Positions 9,969-19,320 of a DNA stretch of 64,000 nt are shown here, piece after piece (position 1 is the stretch's first letter; each line of letters starts with the position of its first letter). The position numbers and the translations under genes are program-made. Source of the DNA: Nitrospirales bacterium (GTDB lineage Bacteria; Nitrospirota; Nitrospiria; Nitrospirales; UBA8639). The notes beneath the pieces were generated by a model. The model saw nothing but the letters and a program-made list of their open reading frames with translations, was not told where the DNA came from and searched no databases. Location of the stretch: assembly GCA_965203295.1 (NCBI GenBank), contig CBDBCZ010000019.1, positions 2,624,001 to 2,688,000 of the forward strand. The letters are read 5' to 3'.

Positions 9969-10314
9969 TGAGTCACCCCCTAAGACATGGTCCAATAGCG
10001 GATCAAGGATGTGGACATGGCGAATGAGACTTCAGATTCCATCCAACGGTGGACCGCCAAACAGCGGACGGCGTTAGTCCCCAGCATTGTGAAGGGCGAG
10101 AAGTCAGTAGCCGCTGCAGTAAGAATTCATCACGCCGCATACGTCGGAACAGAATATGTTCATTGAGCGATTTTTTCGAACCTTCAAGGAAGAATGTAAG
10201 TAGCAGCATCAGTTTCAGAATTTTTCCCAGGTGAGCGCAGCGATTGCCCAACACGGACCCACTGCATCGGGCGTTGGGCTATCAGAGCCTTAGCCAATTT
10301 GGGGGAACACTACA
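9969..10314 (+). mobile_element. Internally deleted IS3-family remnant
   Basis: TG...CA ends (TGAGTCACCCCC / GGGGAACACTACA); OrfA start IQRWTAKQRTALV...KGE (DUF1153-like) fused to an integrase-core C-terminus EFITPHTSEQNMFIERFFRTFKEEC containing stops. Confidence 0.75.
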
Positions 10315-10405
10315 TTTATGCACACGCTATGCCGTCGATGCAACAAGATGCAGCGGAAAAATTGAGCACGGTGTTTCATAGGTAGAGGTCATAAATGAGT
10401 TAATT

Positions 10406-11267
10406 TTAGAGTTGGGAAAGTGAGTCAAACCATCCTTTAATGGTCTGGCTTAGGCTTCCGATAGTTCCTGCGTTTCTGGCTAGCCATTCACCCCCACGTT
10501 TCAATAAGTTTTCCTTTTGGTCCCCTGTAATTGATGGGGTTTTCATCTCGTCCCAAAGGTTTTCTAATTCGTTTCTTTCCTTTTGCGAAACTCCCAAACG
10601 CTTGAGTTCAGGATCGATGCTTGCGTAGTCACCAATTTGAAAATTGTCGGCTATCACATTACCAGCCACACCGGTAAAATTTTGAATATTACAAGTTATA
10701 CCAGTAGCCTTTCCTTTTTCCTCATTTGAAAAAGAAAGCTCATTTCCCAGAATTCCATCTTGCTCCAATTTAAGGCTCCAATTAAGAATAGTATTTCGCA
10801 CAGCATCAACAACTCCTTTAACCCTTGCCCTATCCATAACCAGAACAGGAACAATCCCAAGTTCAAGATTTCCTTGACTTTTATCCAATTCATTCAAAAC
10901 CTCTTGGGGGAAAGGCATGATGAGGGTACTATCTGGATCGTTCTTCTCAGAAAGGAACTCCAATTCTCCTATGGATTGCTTAAGAGGCCGCCTTGAAAGC
11001 GCCCTATTTGATTCGGGATGTGTAACTGTATAAGGAATAAAGCCGAAATGAGGGTGTGTAGCTTTTAATTCTCCCTTTAGATGACGATATTGTGTAATAG
11101 TGCTTCCATCGTCGCCATGATACCCACCAAGCTCATTAGTCTATCCAATTTTTGAACTCGGATAGGTTAAGTTTTGTGGCAACCACTAGGGCCTTCCTGA
11201 GAAGATCCGAGACTTTGACGCTTGGATCTAAAGCATCCTTCTGTAGCTCCAAAACCAAAGAAGACAT
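10406..11267 (-). pseudogene. AbiTii-domain protein (putative abortive-infection/defence gene), frameshifted
   Basis: Start at 11267 reads MSSLVLELQKDALDPSVKVSDLLRKALVVATKLNLSEFKNWI; after a shift at about 11140 it continues NELGGY...YRHLKGELKA...QSIGELE into ORF 10406..10963 (VRNTILNWSLKLEQDGILG...SFSNEEK). AT-rich. Confidence 0.8.
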
Positions 11268-11381
11268 CTATTCCACCTGAAAAAGGAGTTAGAGCCAACT
11301 AAATGTTGCCTGTTAGCTAAATGTAAGCTTTTCTGGGAAGAATATTAATATCTATTTCAAAAATAAGAAGCTAAAGAGGAG

Positions 11382-11466
11382 TGGTGCCGAAGGCGGGACT
11401 CGAACCCGCAAGGGTTTCCCCACACGCCCCTCAAACGTGCGTGTCTACCAATTCCACCACTTCGGC
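11382..11466 (-). tRNA. tRNA-Leu(GAG)
   Basis: GCCGAAGTGGTGGAATTGGTAGACACGCACGTTTGAGGGGCGTG...GGTTCGAGTCCCGCCTTCGGCACCA: 85 nt, long variable arm. Confidence 0.96.
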
Positions 11467-11475
11467 ATGGGCTGG

Positions 11476-11505
11476 ATTATAGGAATGGGTCAAAACTCTT
11501 GTCAA
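11476..11505 (-). promoter_or_regulatory. Sigma70 promoter for tRNA-Leu(GAG)
   Basis: Minus strand TTGACA-18 bp-TATAAT, 9 nt before the tRNA. Confidence 0.7.
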
Positions 11506-11611
11506 CGAAATTGCGCTTCGTTAGAATCTTGTATCCTAAGTCCTACAATCTCACCAAGTTTAAATGTCATCTTCACCCCTATTCAACCAATCCACCTGCG
11601 ATTCTCGGGCC

Positions 11612-12259
11612 ATGATCGGGGCTTTTTTCGACGTTGACAATACTCTGATCCCTGGACAAGCCATAGAGATTCGCTTTGTTCGGTATCTTTGGAATGAAGG
11701 CTTTTTATCAAAACATGCAATCATAAGCAGTGCTTGGTATTTATTCCGGAATATTCTTTCTTTTTCTCTGGCCCCCCTACGTGAGCACAAAATCTACCTT
11801 ATTGGGAAAAGGCCGGAAGGGATTGAATCTTTAGCGAAGTGGTTTGTTCGTTCAGAAATCCTTCCCAGGCTTTCCTTGAACGGCAACACGGCTCTCACCC
11901 GACATCAGCAATCCGGACATCAGGTCACGTTAGTCAGTGGGTCACCTGATTTCTTGGTCAAGCCTCTCGCTCACTTTTTAGGGATCCCCAACGTGCTAGC
12001 GGCACGGCTTGAGACAACGATGGATGGGTACACGGGCCGCGTTCTGTCTCCCTATCCATATGGCGAGGGGAAGCGGCGCCTGCTTCAGGCGTTTGCAGAG
12101 GAGCACAGCCTGGATCTTTCCAAGAGTTATGCATACGGTGATAGTCCTGGAGATGTCGAAGTTCTCCAATCGGTAGGACACCCCCTTGTCGTGAACCCCA
12201 TCCGGGGCATGAGCCGAATTGCCCGACGCCATCGATGGCCGACTGCGATATGGGCTTAA
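11612..12259 (+). CDS. HAD-IB family hydrolase (SerB-like)
   Basis: AFFDVDNTL motif I, LVSGS motif II, GEGK, AYGDSPGD motif IV, VVNP. Confidence 0.88.
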   Translation: MIGAFFDVDNTLIPGQAIEIRFVRYLWNEGFLSKHAIISSAWYLFRNILSFSLAPLREHKIYLIGKRPEGIESLAKWFVRSEILPRLSLNGNTALTRHQQSGHQVTLVSGSPDFLVKPLAHFLGIPNVLAARLETTMDGYTGRVLSPYPYGEGKRRLLQAFAEEHSLDLSKSYAYGDSPGDVEVLQSVGHPLVVNPIRGMSRIARRHRWPTAIWA

Positions 12260-12309
12260 ATGAAGCGAGGGGATATGGACCATTTTCTCTATCTGGCGAC
12301 CCCCTTCAA

Positions 12310-12969
12310 GTGAATTCCTCCTCACCTATCGTTCTCCTGGTGACAGAGATCTTTCATAGCATTCAGGGTGAGTCCACGTTTGCTGGTGACCCCTGTGTGT
12401 TTGTCCGGCTGACTGGCTGTCCCTTACGATGTTCCTGGTGCGACACTGAGTATGCGTTTTACGGTGGGAGGGAGATGGGCCTAGACCAAATTATGAGTCA
12501 GGTTCGAAGTTATGATTGTCCCTTGGTCGAAATAACTGGCGGGGAACCTCTTCATCAGACAGGAGTGATTCCCTTGATTGCGGATTTGTGCCAGGAGAGA
12601 TTTAAGGTGTTAATTGAAACGAGCGGGGCCATTGATATCTCGTCTGTGGATTCCAAGGCACAGATTATTCTTGATGTCAAATGCCCGGGAAGTGGAATGA
12701 TGAACCTTATGGATTGGTCCAATTTGAATCGACTGACAAGAAAAGATCAGGTAAAGTTTGTGATCAAAGATCGGGATGATTATGTCTGGGCCGTGAATGT
12801 GATAAGAACCTATCAACTGACTGACCGCTGTCCAGTCTTGTTTAGCCCGGTATTTGGACAATTAGAATCCAGGGATTTGGCTGAATGGGTTCTTACAGAT
12901 CGACTGCCAGTACGCGTGCAACTCCAATTACACAAACTGATCTGGGATCCTGAGACTCGAGGCGTGTAG
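12310..12969 (+). CDS. queE: 7-carboxy-7-deazaguanine synthase (radical SAM)
   Basis: EIFHSIQGES, FVRLTGCPLRCSWCDT, ITGGEP, IETSG, QLQLHKLIW; start position uncertain. Confidence 0.92.
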   Translation: MNSSSPIVLLVTEIFHSIQGESTFAGDPCVFVRLTGCPLRCSWCDTEYAFYGGREMGLDQIMSQVRSYDCPLVEITGGEPLHQTGVIPLIADLCQERFKVLIETSGAIDISSVDSKAQIILDVKCPGSGMMNLMDWSNLNRLTRKDQVKFVIKDRDDYVWAVNVIRTYQLTDRCPVLFSPVFGQLESRDLAEWVLTDRLPVRVQLQLHKLIWDPETRGV

Positions 12970-13130
12970 CATACCATCACTTACGTGACGAACCGAATGC
13001 TCACATTTTTACAGGGCCTTTTTGAACAGGCCCCTGGCTTGTGATGATCCATGCAATTGGTAAGGTGGGATTGGCGCTCTATAATTTTTGAGTTATTCAA
13101 CAGTCCCTTACGGGAAGGATAGGGAGACGA

Positions 13131-14633
13131 ATGAAAGTTAAAGTCAAGCAAGGAGGCATGGCCGGAGAGTCTGCTGAAGTATTGGTATTGGACGGATATG
13201 AAGATGAGTCGGCACTTGAGAAACATATGGAAACCTTGGACCGATCATTAAATGGTCAACTACGGGAGTTGCGAAAGAGTGGGGAATTTGGAGGTAAACT
13301 CAACCAAACGGTCCTCCTCCATACTCGTGGGGCGATTCCCCCTAAGCGAATCCTTCTTGTGGGGCTTGGTAAACGAAAGGAGCTGACACTGGATCGTGTG
13401 CGTCAGGCCTTGGGAATAGTGGCTAAACGAGTTCGACAGGCAAATGCGAAGTCCTTCACGGCTCCAGTGGTTGGGATCGATGGTGCGAGATTGTCCATTT
13501 CAGATCTGGCGCAATCCATGGTGGAAGGAGCCGTGTTAGGCGGATATCGCTTTTCGGAATATCGAACCGACAATGACGAGAAGTCAAAGGCCCTTGAGTC
13601 CATAACACTGGTCTCTTCCAAGGCCGCGCACTTGTTGGATATCAAGGTTGGTGTTGGTCGAGGACAGGTGAGTGGCGAGGCTTCAGCTTTTGTCAGGGAT
13701 TTATGCAACCATCCTGCCAATATGATGACTCCCTCCCGTGTGGTGGAAGAGGCAAAGAAGATTGCGAAAGAACCGGGCGTGAAACTCACTGTCTTGGATC
13801 GTAGACAACAAGAGAAATTGGGAATGGGAGGGTTGTTGGGAGTATCCCGGGGAAGCCAGGAACCTGGGAGATTTATCATTTTACATTACTCGGGCGGGAG
13901 CAAAAGGGATCGTCCTATCGTTTTTGTCGGTAAAACAGTGACCTTTGATTCTGGAGGCATATCCTTAAAGCCTTCGGAAAATATGGAGCAAATGAAAGCT
14001 GACATGACTGGTGGAGCCGAGGTCTTAGCCGTGATCCGTGCGGCTGCGCGGTTGCGGCTTCCGTTGAATGTGATAGGCATTCTTCCTGCAACAGAAAATA
14101 TGCCAGGTGGTCGAGCCATGAAGCCAGGAGATGTTCTGACAATGCTGTCCGGAAAAACGGTGGAAGTCCAAAACACAGATGCCGAGGGACGTTTGATTTT
14201 GGCTGATGGACTCGCCTATGCCACACGGTTGAAGCCAACCTGCATCATTGATGTGGCAACCTTGACTGGTGCCTGCATGGTGGCTCTCGGCCAACATGCG
14301 ATTGGGATGTTAGGAAATCATGAGTCGTTAAAAGATCAAGTAAAAAAGGCGGGGGAGCAGTCAGGAGAACGAGTTTGGGAGATGCCGTTGTGGGATGAAT
14401 ATTTTGAACAGCTGAAGAGCGATGTCGCCGATATGCGGAACATCGGTGGCCGTGGAGGTGGAATGATCATCGCCGCGATGTTTCTCAGCAAATTTGTGGG
14501 GGATTATCCCTGGGTGCATTTGGATATTGCCAGTACGGATTGGAGTGCTTCCGAGCGTCCCTACATTGGTAAGGGCCCAACAGGAATTGGGGCACGGCTC
14601 CTCATCCAATACCTTCTTAATCAGACGAACTAA
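13131..14633 (+). CDS. pepA: Leucyl aminopeptidase (M17)
   Basis: VGKTVTFDSGGISLK, MKADMTG, NTDAEGRLILAD, ATLTGA, HLDIA. Confidence 0.97.
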   Translation: MKVKVKQGGMAGESAEVLVLDGYEDESALEKHMETLDRSLNGQLRELRKSGEFGGKLNQTVLLHTRGAIPPKRILLVGLGKRKELTLDRVRQALGIVAKRVRQANAKSFTAPVVGIDGARLSISDLAQSMVEGAVLGGYRFSEYRTDNDEKSKALESITLVSSKAAHLLDIKVGVGRGQVSGEASAFVRDLCNHPANMMTPSRVVEEAKKIAKEPGVKLTVLDRRQQEKLGMGGLLGVSRGSQEPGRFIILHYSGGSKRDRPIVFVGKTVTFDSGGISLKPSENMEQMKADMTGGAEVLAVIRAAARLRLPLNVIGILPATENMPGGRAMKPGDVLTMLSGKTVEVQNTDAEGRLILADGLAYATRLKPTCIIDVATLTGACMVALGQHAIGMLGNHESLKDQVKKAGEQSGERVWEMPLWDEYFEQLKSDVADMRNIGGRGGGMIIAAMFLSKFVGDYPWVHLDIASTDWSASERPYIGKGPTGIGARLLIQYLLNQTN

Positions 14634-14651
14634 CTCTCTCGAGGTCGAAAG

Positions 14652-15743
14652 ATGACGCTTCGGGATAAGGTCGGTCAACTCGTCATGGTCGGCTTTGCTG
14701 GAGCTGACCTCTCTCCGGATTTCATCTCATGGCTTCAAGAATTTCGACCTGGCGGGGTGATCCTCTTTGCGCGAAATTTGGTTGACCCCTCCCAAGTCGC
14801 CCAATTGACCTGCACGCTTCAAGAAGTTACGCCTCATTCACCAATCCTTATTGCCATCGATCAAGAAGGAGGACGTGTCTCTCGTCTTCCACATGGGTTT
14901 ACGATTTTTCCTCCCGCTGCCACCATTGCGGCCTGTCAGTCCTCCACGCTGGCCTACCAAGTTGCAGAGGCCACCGCAAGGGAACTTCATGCTGTTGGTA
15001 TCAATATGAATATGGCGCCGGTATTAGATGTGAATACCAACCCAAACAATCCCATTATCGGGGATCGAGCATTCGGAAGTGACCCGAAAATGGTTTGCGA
15101 TCTTGGGAGAGCAACCCTGAAGGGGTTACAAGATCACGGCATTGTGGCTTGCGGAAAACATTTTCCTGGTCACGGGGATACGTCGACTGATTCTCATGTG
15201 GAATTGCCGATCATGGATCTCCCCAAAGAGCGACTCAACCGTGTCGAGCTTGCTCCATTTCGATATGGCATTCAACATGGCCTCGCCACGATGATGACTG
15301 CACATGTGTGCTATCCCTCATTTGACCCTGAAGTGCCAGCTACCCTTTCTCCAGTCATTCTGACGACCTTGCTTCGTGAAGAACTAAAGTTTTCCGGCCT
15401 TGTGCTCACCGATGATTTAGAGATGCAAGGCATTCTTAATCATTGTTCAATAGGGGAAGACGCGGTACGAGCTATCCAGGCGGGAGCGGATATGCTGCTC
15501 ATTTGTCATCGGCAAGACCGACAAGCGGAAGCCATTATGGCTGTGGAAAAAGCCGTTGTTGATGGACACATTGCAATGGAGAGAATCGATGCCAACCTGG
15601 AACGGCTTTCCATGGTAAAAAAGAGATTTATCACTTCAAGGCCCAGAGTCGAGTTGAACCGTATCTCGGAAGTAGTCGGAGCTCCCGCTCACCGACAATT
15701 GTCAAAATCCATCTCACAAACCTCCACTACGACTCAGCCATAA
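14652..15743 (+). CDS. nagZ: Beta-N-acetylhexosaminidase (GH3)
   Basis: IDQEGGRVSRL, APVLD, KHFPGHGDTSTDSH, TDDLEM. Confidence 0.94.
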   Translation: MTLRDKVGQLVMVGFAGADLSPDFISWLQEFRPGGVILFARNLVDPSQVAQLTCTLQEVTPHSPILIAIDQEGGRVSRLPHGFTIFPPAATIAACQSSTLAYQVAEATARELHAVGINMNMAPVLDVNTNPNNPIIGDRAFGSDPKMVCDLGRATLKGLQDHGIVACGKHFPGHGDTSTDSHVELPIMDLPKERLNRVELAPFRYGIQHGLATMMTAHVCYPSFDPEVPATLSPVILTTLLREELKFSGLVLTDDLEMQGILNHCSIGEDAVRAIQAGADMLLICHRQDRQAEAIMAVEKAVVDGHIAMERIDANLERLSMVKKRFITSRPRVELNRISEVVGAPAHRQLSKSISQTSTTTQP

Positions 15744-15968
15744 CGATCTTTGAAGATCTCCTTTTTGCTATATACATAAAAGTAGACTTTTCTCTTGATG
15801 ATTTGTTTAGCTACGCAGAAAGGAATTCCACTTTTTTTCGTCGTAGACTGATGCTTCTGGAAGGATACGAAATCAAAAAAATCCCACATCACGGCTGGGG
15901 GGTGAGGGGCTCAGGTCATGAAGAGAATCGAATGTTGTCGATCGGTGTTGTAAACCAGGGAGGAGAGA

Positions 15969-16355
15969 ATGGGAGTCAAGAAAGGGGACATCATTGATGA
16001 GCACAAACGCTTTCCCAATGATTGTGGTTTGGTTGTAAAAATGATGGCTGGTGGTGAAGGGTTCAAGAAAATTATCTGCTGTGACCATGAACTTACCGAA
16101 GAGGATGTGGTTCCGACCCTCGAACGAAAAAAAGGTCGGAAAAAAGGCCATCTTCCTGTAGGGATCATTTTAGATGAAAAAAAACTTTTCCCAGATTCTT
16201 GTGGTCTTCGTGTCATGATCATGGACGGGGGAGCTGGGTTCAAGGAAGTCGTGTGTTGTGGAAATTCGATTACCATCAATGCCATGCGAGATTTTCAATA
16301 CGGTCACGTAAGACAAGGGCCACCACAGGTGCCAGGCCCTTCAGGTCATGCGTAA
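15969..16355 (+). CDS. Hypothetical protein with two desulforedoxin-like Cys repeats
   Basis: Strong AGGAG RBS; two copies of IxDE-K-FP-x-CGL-V-xM-GG-GFK-xx-CC. Confidence 0.75.
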   Translation: MGVKKGDIIDEHKRFPNDCGLVVKMMAGGEGFKKIICCDHELTEEDVVPTLERKKGRKKGHLPVGIILDEKKLFPDSCGLRVMIMDGGAGFKEVVCCGNSITINAMRDFQYGHVRQGPPQVPGPSGHA

Positions 16356-16524
16356 TAGGCTGTTGAAAAAGTCCGCCAGCGGCGTCCTCGTTGCTCATAG
16401 GCCTCAACGTACCTCACTCACTGTACGCCTCGGCCTCCTCGCTGCCTGCGGTCTTGCTGGACCTGGCTCAGCCAAAGCGAAACTTCGGCTTCGCGCAGGC
16501 GAGCGGGCCTTTTTGAACAGCCTA
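16356..16524. mobile_element. MITE-like element with terminal inverted repeats and a nested palindrome
   Basis: Ends TAGGCTGTTGAAAAAG / CTTTTTGAACAGCCTA (15 of 16 match); internal imperfect palindrome CCTGGCTCAGCCAAAGCGAAACTTCGGCTTCGCGCAGG at 16462..16499. Confidence 0.8.
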
Positions 16525-16704
16525 TCATTGTTTGTAGTACGTTTTACCATTCTTATAACCAAGTGATGATCTTGAAATTTTGAGTTTTAAACACCTGCGT
16601 AAATGAACAAACCACAAAAGTCCTTGGATCTGTGTATTCCGCCTCATGAGCGAGCTTGCGTCCGATAAATAGGGTGTGGCACTATTGTTCTCCTTTAATG
16701 AACG

Positions 16705-17121
16705 ATGACTGCACTTCCTGAATTCGTTGGCACGATTCATATTTATTTGGGGCCCTATCGGGGGAACCCCATTGCCCTTTATTTACGCCAAGACTCCAAC
16801 GCCTGCTGCATTTCTCCTTCTGTCTATCCCTGGAGCCAAATTGTTGGAACCGGAGAAACGGTCAATAAAGCTGCGGCCGACTTTGATGAAAAATGGAAGC
16901 AGGGAGGGCTCAGCCTAGACATGTATAGTGGACCCCATTGGGAAGGCGGCATAAAACCCGAAAAGCCCAAGCCACCCCCCAAACCTGCTCCACCTGCGAA
17001 GACAGAAGCCGCATCTGATAGTCCTCCTTCCACACCTCCCAAGCCTGAAGATGATATCCCATCTTCTGAGAAACCTCAGGCTGATCAACCAACTCCTACA
17101 AGCACGACAAAACCAGACTAG
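16705..17121 (+). CDS. Hypothetical protein with Pro/Lys-rich C-terminal tail
   Basis: 138 aa ORF with a globular N-terminal part and low-complexity tail KPEKPKPPPKPAPP. Confidence 0.65.
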   Translation: MTALPEFVGTIHIYLGPYRGNPIALYLRQDSNACCISPSVYPWSQIVGTGETVNKAAADFDEKWKQGGLSLDMYSGPHWEGGIKPEKPKPPPKPAPPAKTEAASDSPPSTPPKPEDDIPSSEKPQADQPTPTSTTKPD

Positions 17122-17221
17122 TCTGTTCGGAAAGTCCCTAAAAGCTAGTTATATAGGGAAAAAGTTATTAGGGGTCTTGCCGAGAATTAGATCCTGGCAG
17201 ATGGAATTTTACGACAGACTG

Positions 17222-17974
17222 CTAAGGATTACGGCCTTGGGCGTACCGTTTCGCTGCGTTGACAAGTGCGGAGAAAAGCCGACGTTGGACGGGATCATGT
17301 TCGTACATGAATTCTGGATGCCACTGAACTCCAAGAAAGAAGTCGTGAGAAGGAGCTTCCACGGCTTCGATGACCCCATCGGGAGATGTTGCTGTCTGAA
17401 CCAATGATGAAGCGACTCGTTTAATAGATTGGTGATGGGAACTATTGACCTGAATTGTTGCTCGTCTGGTGATTCGACGAAGCAAACTCTTAGGGGTAGT
17501 GGAAATCGGATGGGCTGGTTTGGTGGCTGAAAATGAGGGTTGATGCAAGATGGTTGTGCGGAATTGGGAAGCAATATCTTGTATCATGGTTCCTCCCAAA
17601 GCCACATTCAGTGATTGCATGCCTCCGCATATCCCCAGAGTGGGGATGCGGGTGTGATAAGCCAGTTTGGTGATTTGTAATTCCAGGGCACTGCGTTGAC
17701 GACTCATCCGTCGGAATTTATAGCGTTGCCGTTCTCCATAGAGTTCCGGGGCCAGGTCAGATCCTGAACCGGATAAAACCAACCCATCCAATGTGGTCAG
17801 GAGGGACCTGAGCTTCTCGCGCTCGGTCAGTAAAGGGAGGATGAGAGGAATACCCCCGGCTTGTTCGATTGGAGATAAGTAACGAGCCCGAAGGAAATAC
17901 ATCGGCTCCTGGCCTCCCATGTCCTCCCGGTCACCAACATTGAAATCCGGGGTGACACCAATAATAGGTCTCAT
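17222..17974 (-). CDS. Gamma-glutamyl-gamma-aminobutyrate hydrolase family glutamine amidotransferase (peptidase C26)
   Basis: PIIGVT, LVLSGSG, LGICGGMQ nucleophile Cys, VNSSHHQ, GVQWHPE. Confidence 0.9.
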   Translation of the reverse strand: MRPIIGVTPDFNVGDREDMGGQEPMYFLRARYLSPIEQAGGIPLILPLLTEREKLRSLLTTLDGLVLSGSGSDLAPELYGERQRYKFRRMSRQRSALELQITKLAYHTRIPTLGICGGMQSLNVALGGTMIQDIASQFRTTILHQPSFSATKPAHPISTTPKSLLRRITRRATIQVNSSHHQSIKRVASSLVQTATSPDGVIEAVEAPSHDFFLGVQWHPEFMYEHDPVQRRLFSALVNAAKRYAQGRNP

Positions 17975-18010
17975 CGGTAGGCACGAGGAACAACTTTCAG
18001 GGAAGATCGA

Positions 18011-18409
18011 TTACTCACTATAGGTTTCTTCATACGTTGAAGTGCCAATAAACCTCACTGGTTCATTCCCCTTGAAATGATCGGGGGTAATGACATACGT
18101 TCCCTGAACGCTTGGTTCCCAAACTGAATTCGCAACCTCAGTATTTCCCCCAGTGAGTGCCCAGCCGAGTCCCCCAACAGTACCTCCAACGACAGCGTAC
18201 GCAACCTTGAGGGGCAGATACACAAGCGTTGAAACGCCACTGGCGAATCCAAGACCAGCCTCCTGGAGTTCGGTATATTCTTCGCCCTCATCAGCAAGGG
18301 CTAATGAACTGACGAAGAGGGTTGGCGCCAAAAAGACTAAAGCCAAAAGCATGATCACAACAATTTTCCCAAATCCTGTGTGTAACGCGTTTCGGAAGAT
18401 GTGAATCAT
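18011..18409 (-). CDS. Hypothetical exported/membrane protein
   Basis: GAGGAGG RBS, signal peptide, Gly-rich hydrophobic segment. Confidence 0.65.
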   Translation of the reverse strand: MIHIFRNALHTGFGKIVVIMLLALVFLAPTLFVSSLALADEGEEYTELQEAGLGFASGVSTLVYLPLKVAYAVVGGTVGGLGWALTGGNTEVANSVWEPSVQGTYVITPDHFKGNEPVRFIGTSTYEETYSE

Positions 18410-18576
18410 TGTTCGTTCCTCCTCATACGAAGGGGTTCAGATTTGTGATGCATGAAACATTGGTCTTGAGAGAAGTTGATGTAACATTCATGCATGCAAG
18501 TTTTGCTCTAGATAGGTGTTTTATTCTATTTACCCTATTCCGCGATTTCTTGCAAATGATTTATAGCCATAAACAT

Positions 18577-19047
18577 CTAACCCTGCTCTTGCCAACCTTC
18601 ACATGAATCAAGATCTAATTCATTCAATATTTGAGCTTTGACTTCTTCCACCTTTTCCTTTATCTCCTGCTCTAATGCCAAAGCGAATTCGTCACTTTGG
18701 ATGCAGCTATTTTCTTGTTGAATACCTTGCGCTAAGGCCAATTGTAATTTCACTTGGCAAATTCGTTGAACGAGGATATCTTCTGCTAAAGATGAGTAAT
18801 GAACCCGATCGGACTCTGGAATTTGGTTGAGCAATTCCGTGAGCCATTCACGAAATTCTAGTATCGTCTGAACTTTGATGAATTGTACGTCATCAAGTTC
18901 GACGAGGACTTGTATGCCTCCTTTCCAACTCCGTTTCTTTACATTAAATACGCAGGATTGTATCGAAGGGGCGTCTTCTTTCCTTTCGGGTCCATAGAAT
19001 AATGTGAACCGGAATTGGGGAATTTGGGGAAAATGAGACCGTGGCAT
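18577..19047 (-). CDS. Hypothetical protein
   Basis: ORF of about 156 aa from the ATG at 19047 (FTLFYGPE...CVFNVKKRSWKGGIQV). Confidence 0.6.
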   Translation of the reverse strand: MPRSHFPQIPQFRFTLFYGPERKEDAPSIQSCVFNVKKRSWKGGIQVLVELDDVQFIKVQTILEFREWLTELLNQIPESDRVHYSSLAEDILVQRICQVKLQLALAQGIQQENSCIQSDEFALALEQEIKEKVEEVKAQILNELDLDSCEGWQEQG

Positions 19048-19225
19048 GTGTCGAGTATTGTACCATGAGAACCAAAGTGAACATACACTTGGCAAAAGGT
19101 TTATACAGGTCCTTAATTATAGGTCTCACCTTCGCCAACCTTCAACACCATCGCAGCCCATCAGTTACGCTGGCAGGTTGTCATTTGGCACAACCCCATG
19201 AGCATTTGGCCTCCTACGATCCTGG

Positions 19226-19255
19226 TTGACATTGAGAGGGCCAGGTGGATACAGT
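19226..19255 (+). promoter_or_regulatory. Sigma70 promoter upstream of the tatA-like gene
   Basis: TTGACA-18 bp-TACAGT. Confidence 0.45.
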
Positions 19256-19320
19256 GGTTTTATTCATGAGCCTTAGAGGAGCAGGAACGTCCATGTGGTG
19301 TTTCAAGTGAGAGAATTTTC

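Noticed and set aside
1..12969. folE plus queE as a 7-deazaguanine DNA-modification (Dpd) island
   Set aside because: The genes are 12 kb apart in housekeeping context with no dpdA/tgt-like, queC or queD gene nearby; ordinary folate and queuosine synthesis explains them.
16348..16566. 72-aa ORF MRNRLLKKSASGVL...
   Set aside because: It is the translation of the MITE-like repeat, not a supported gene.
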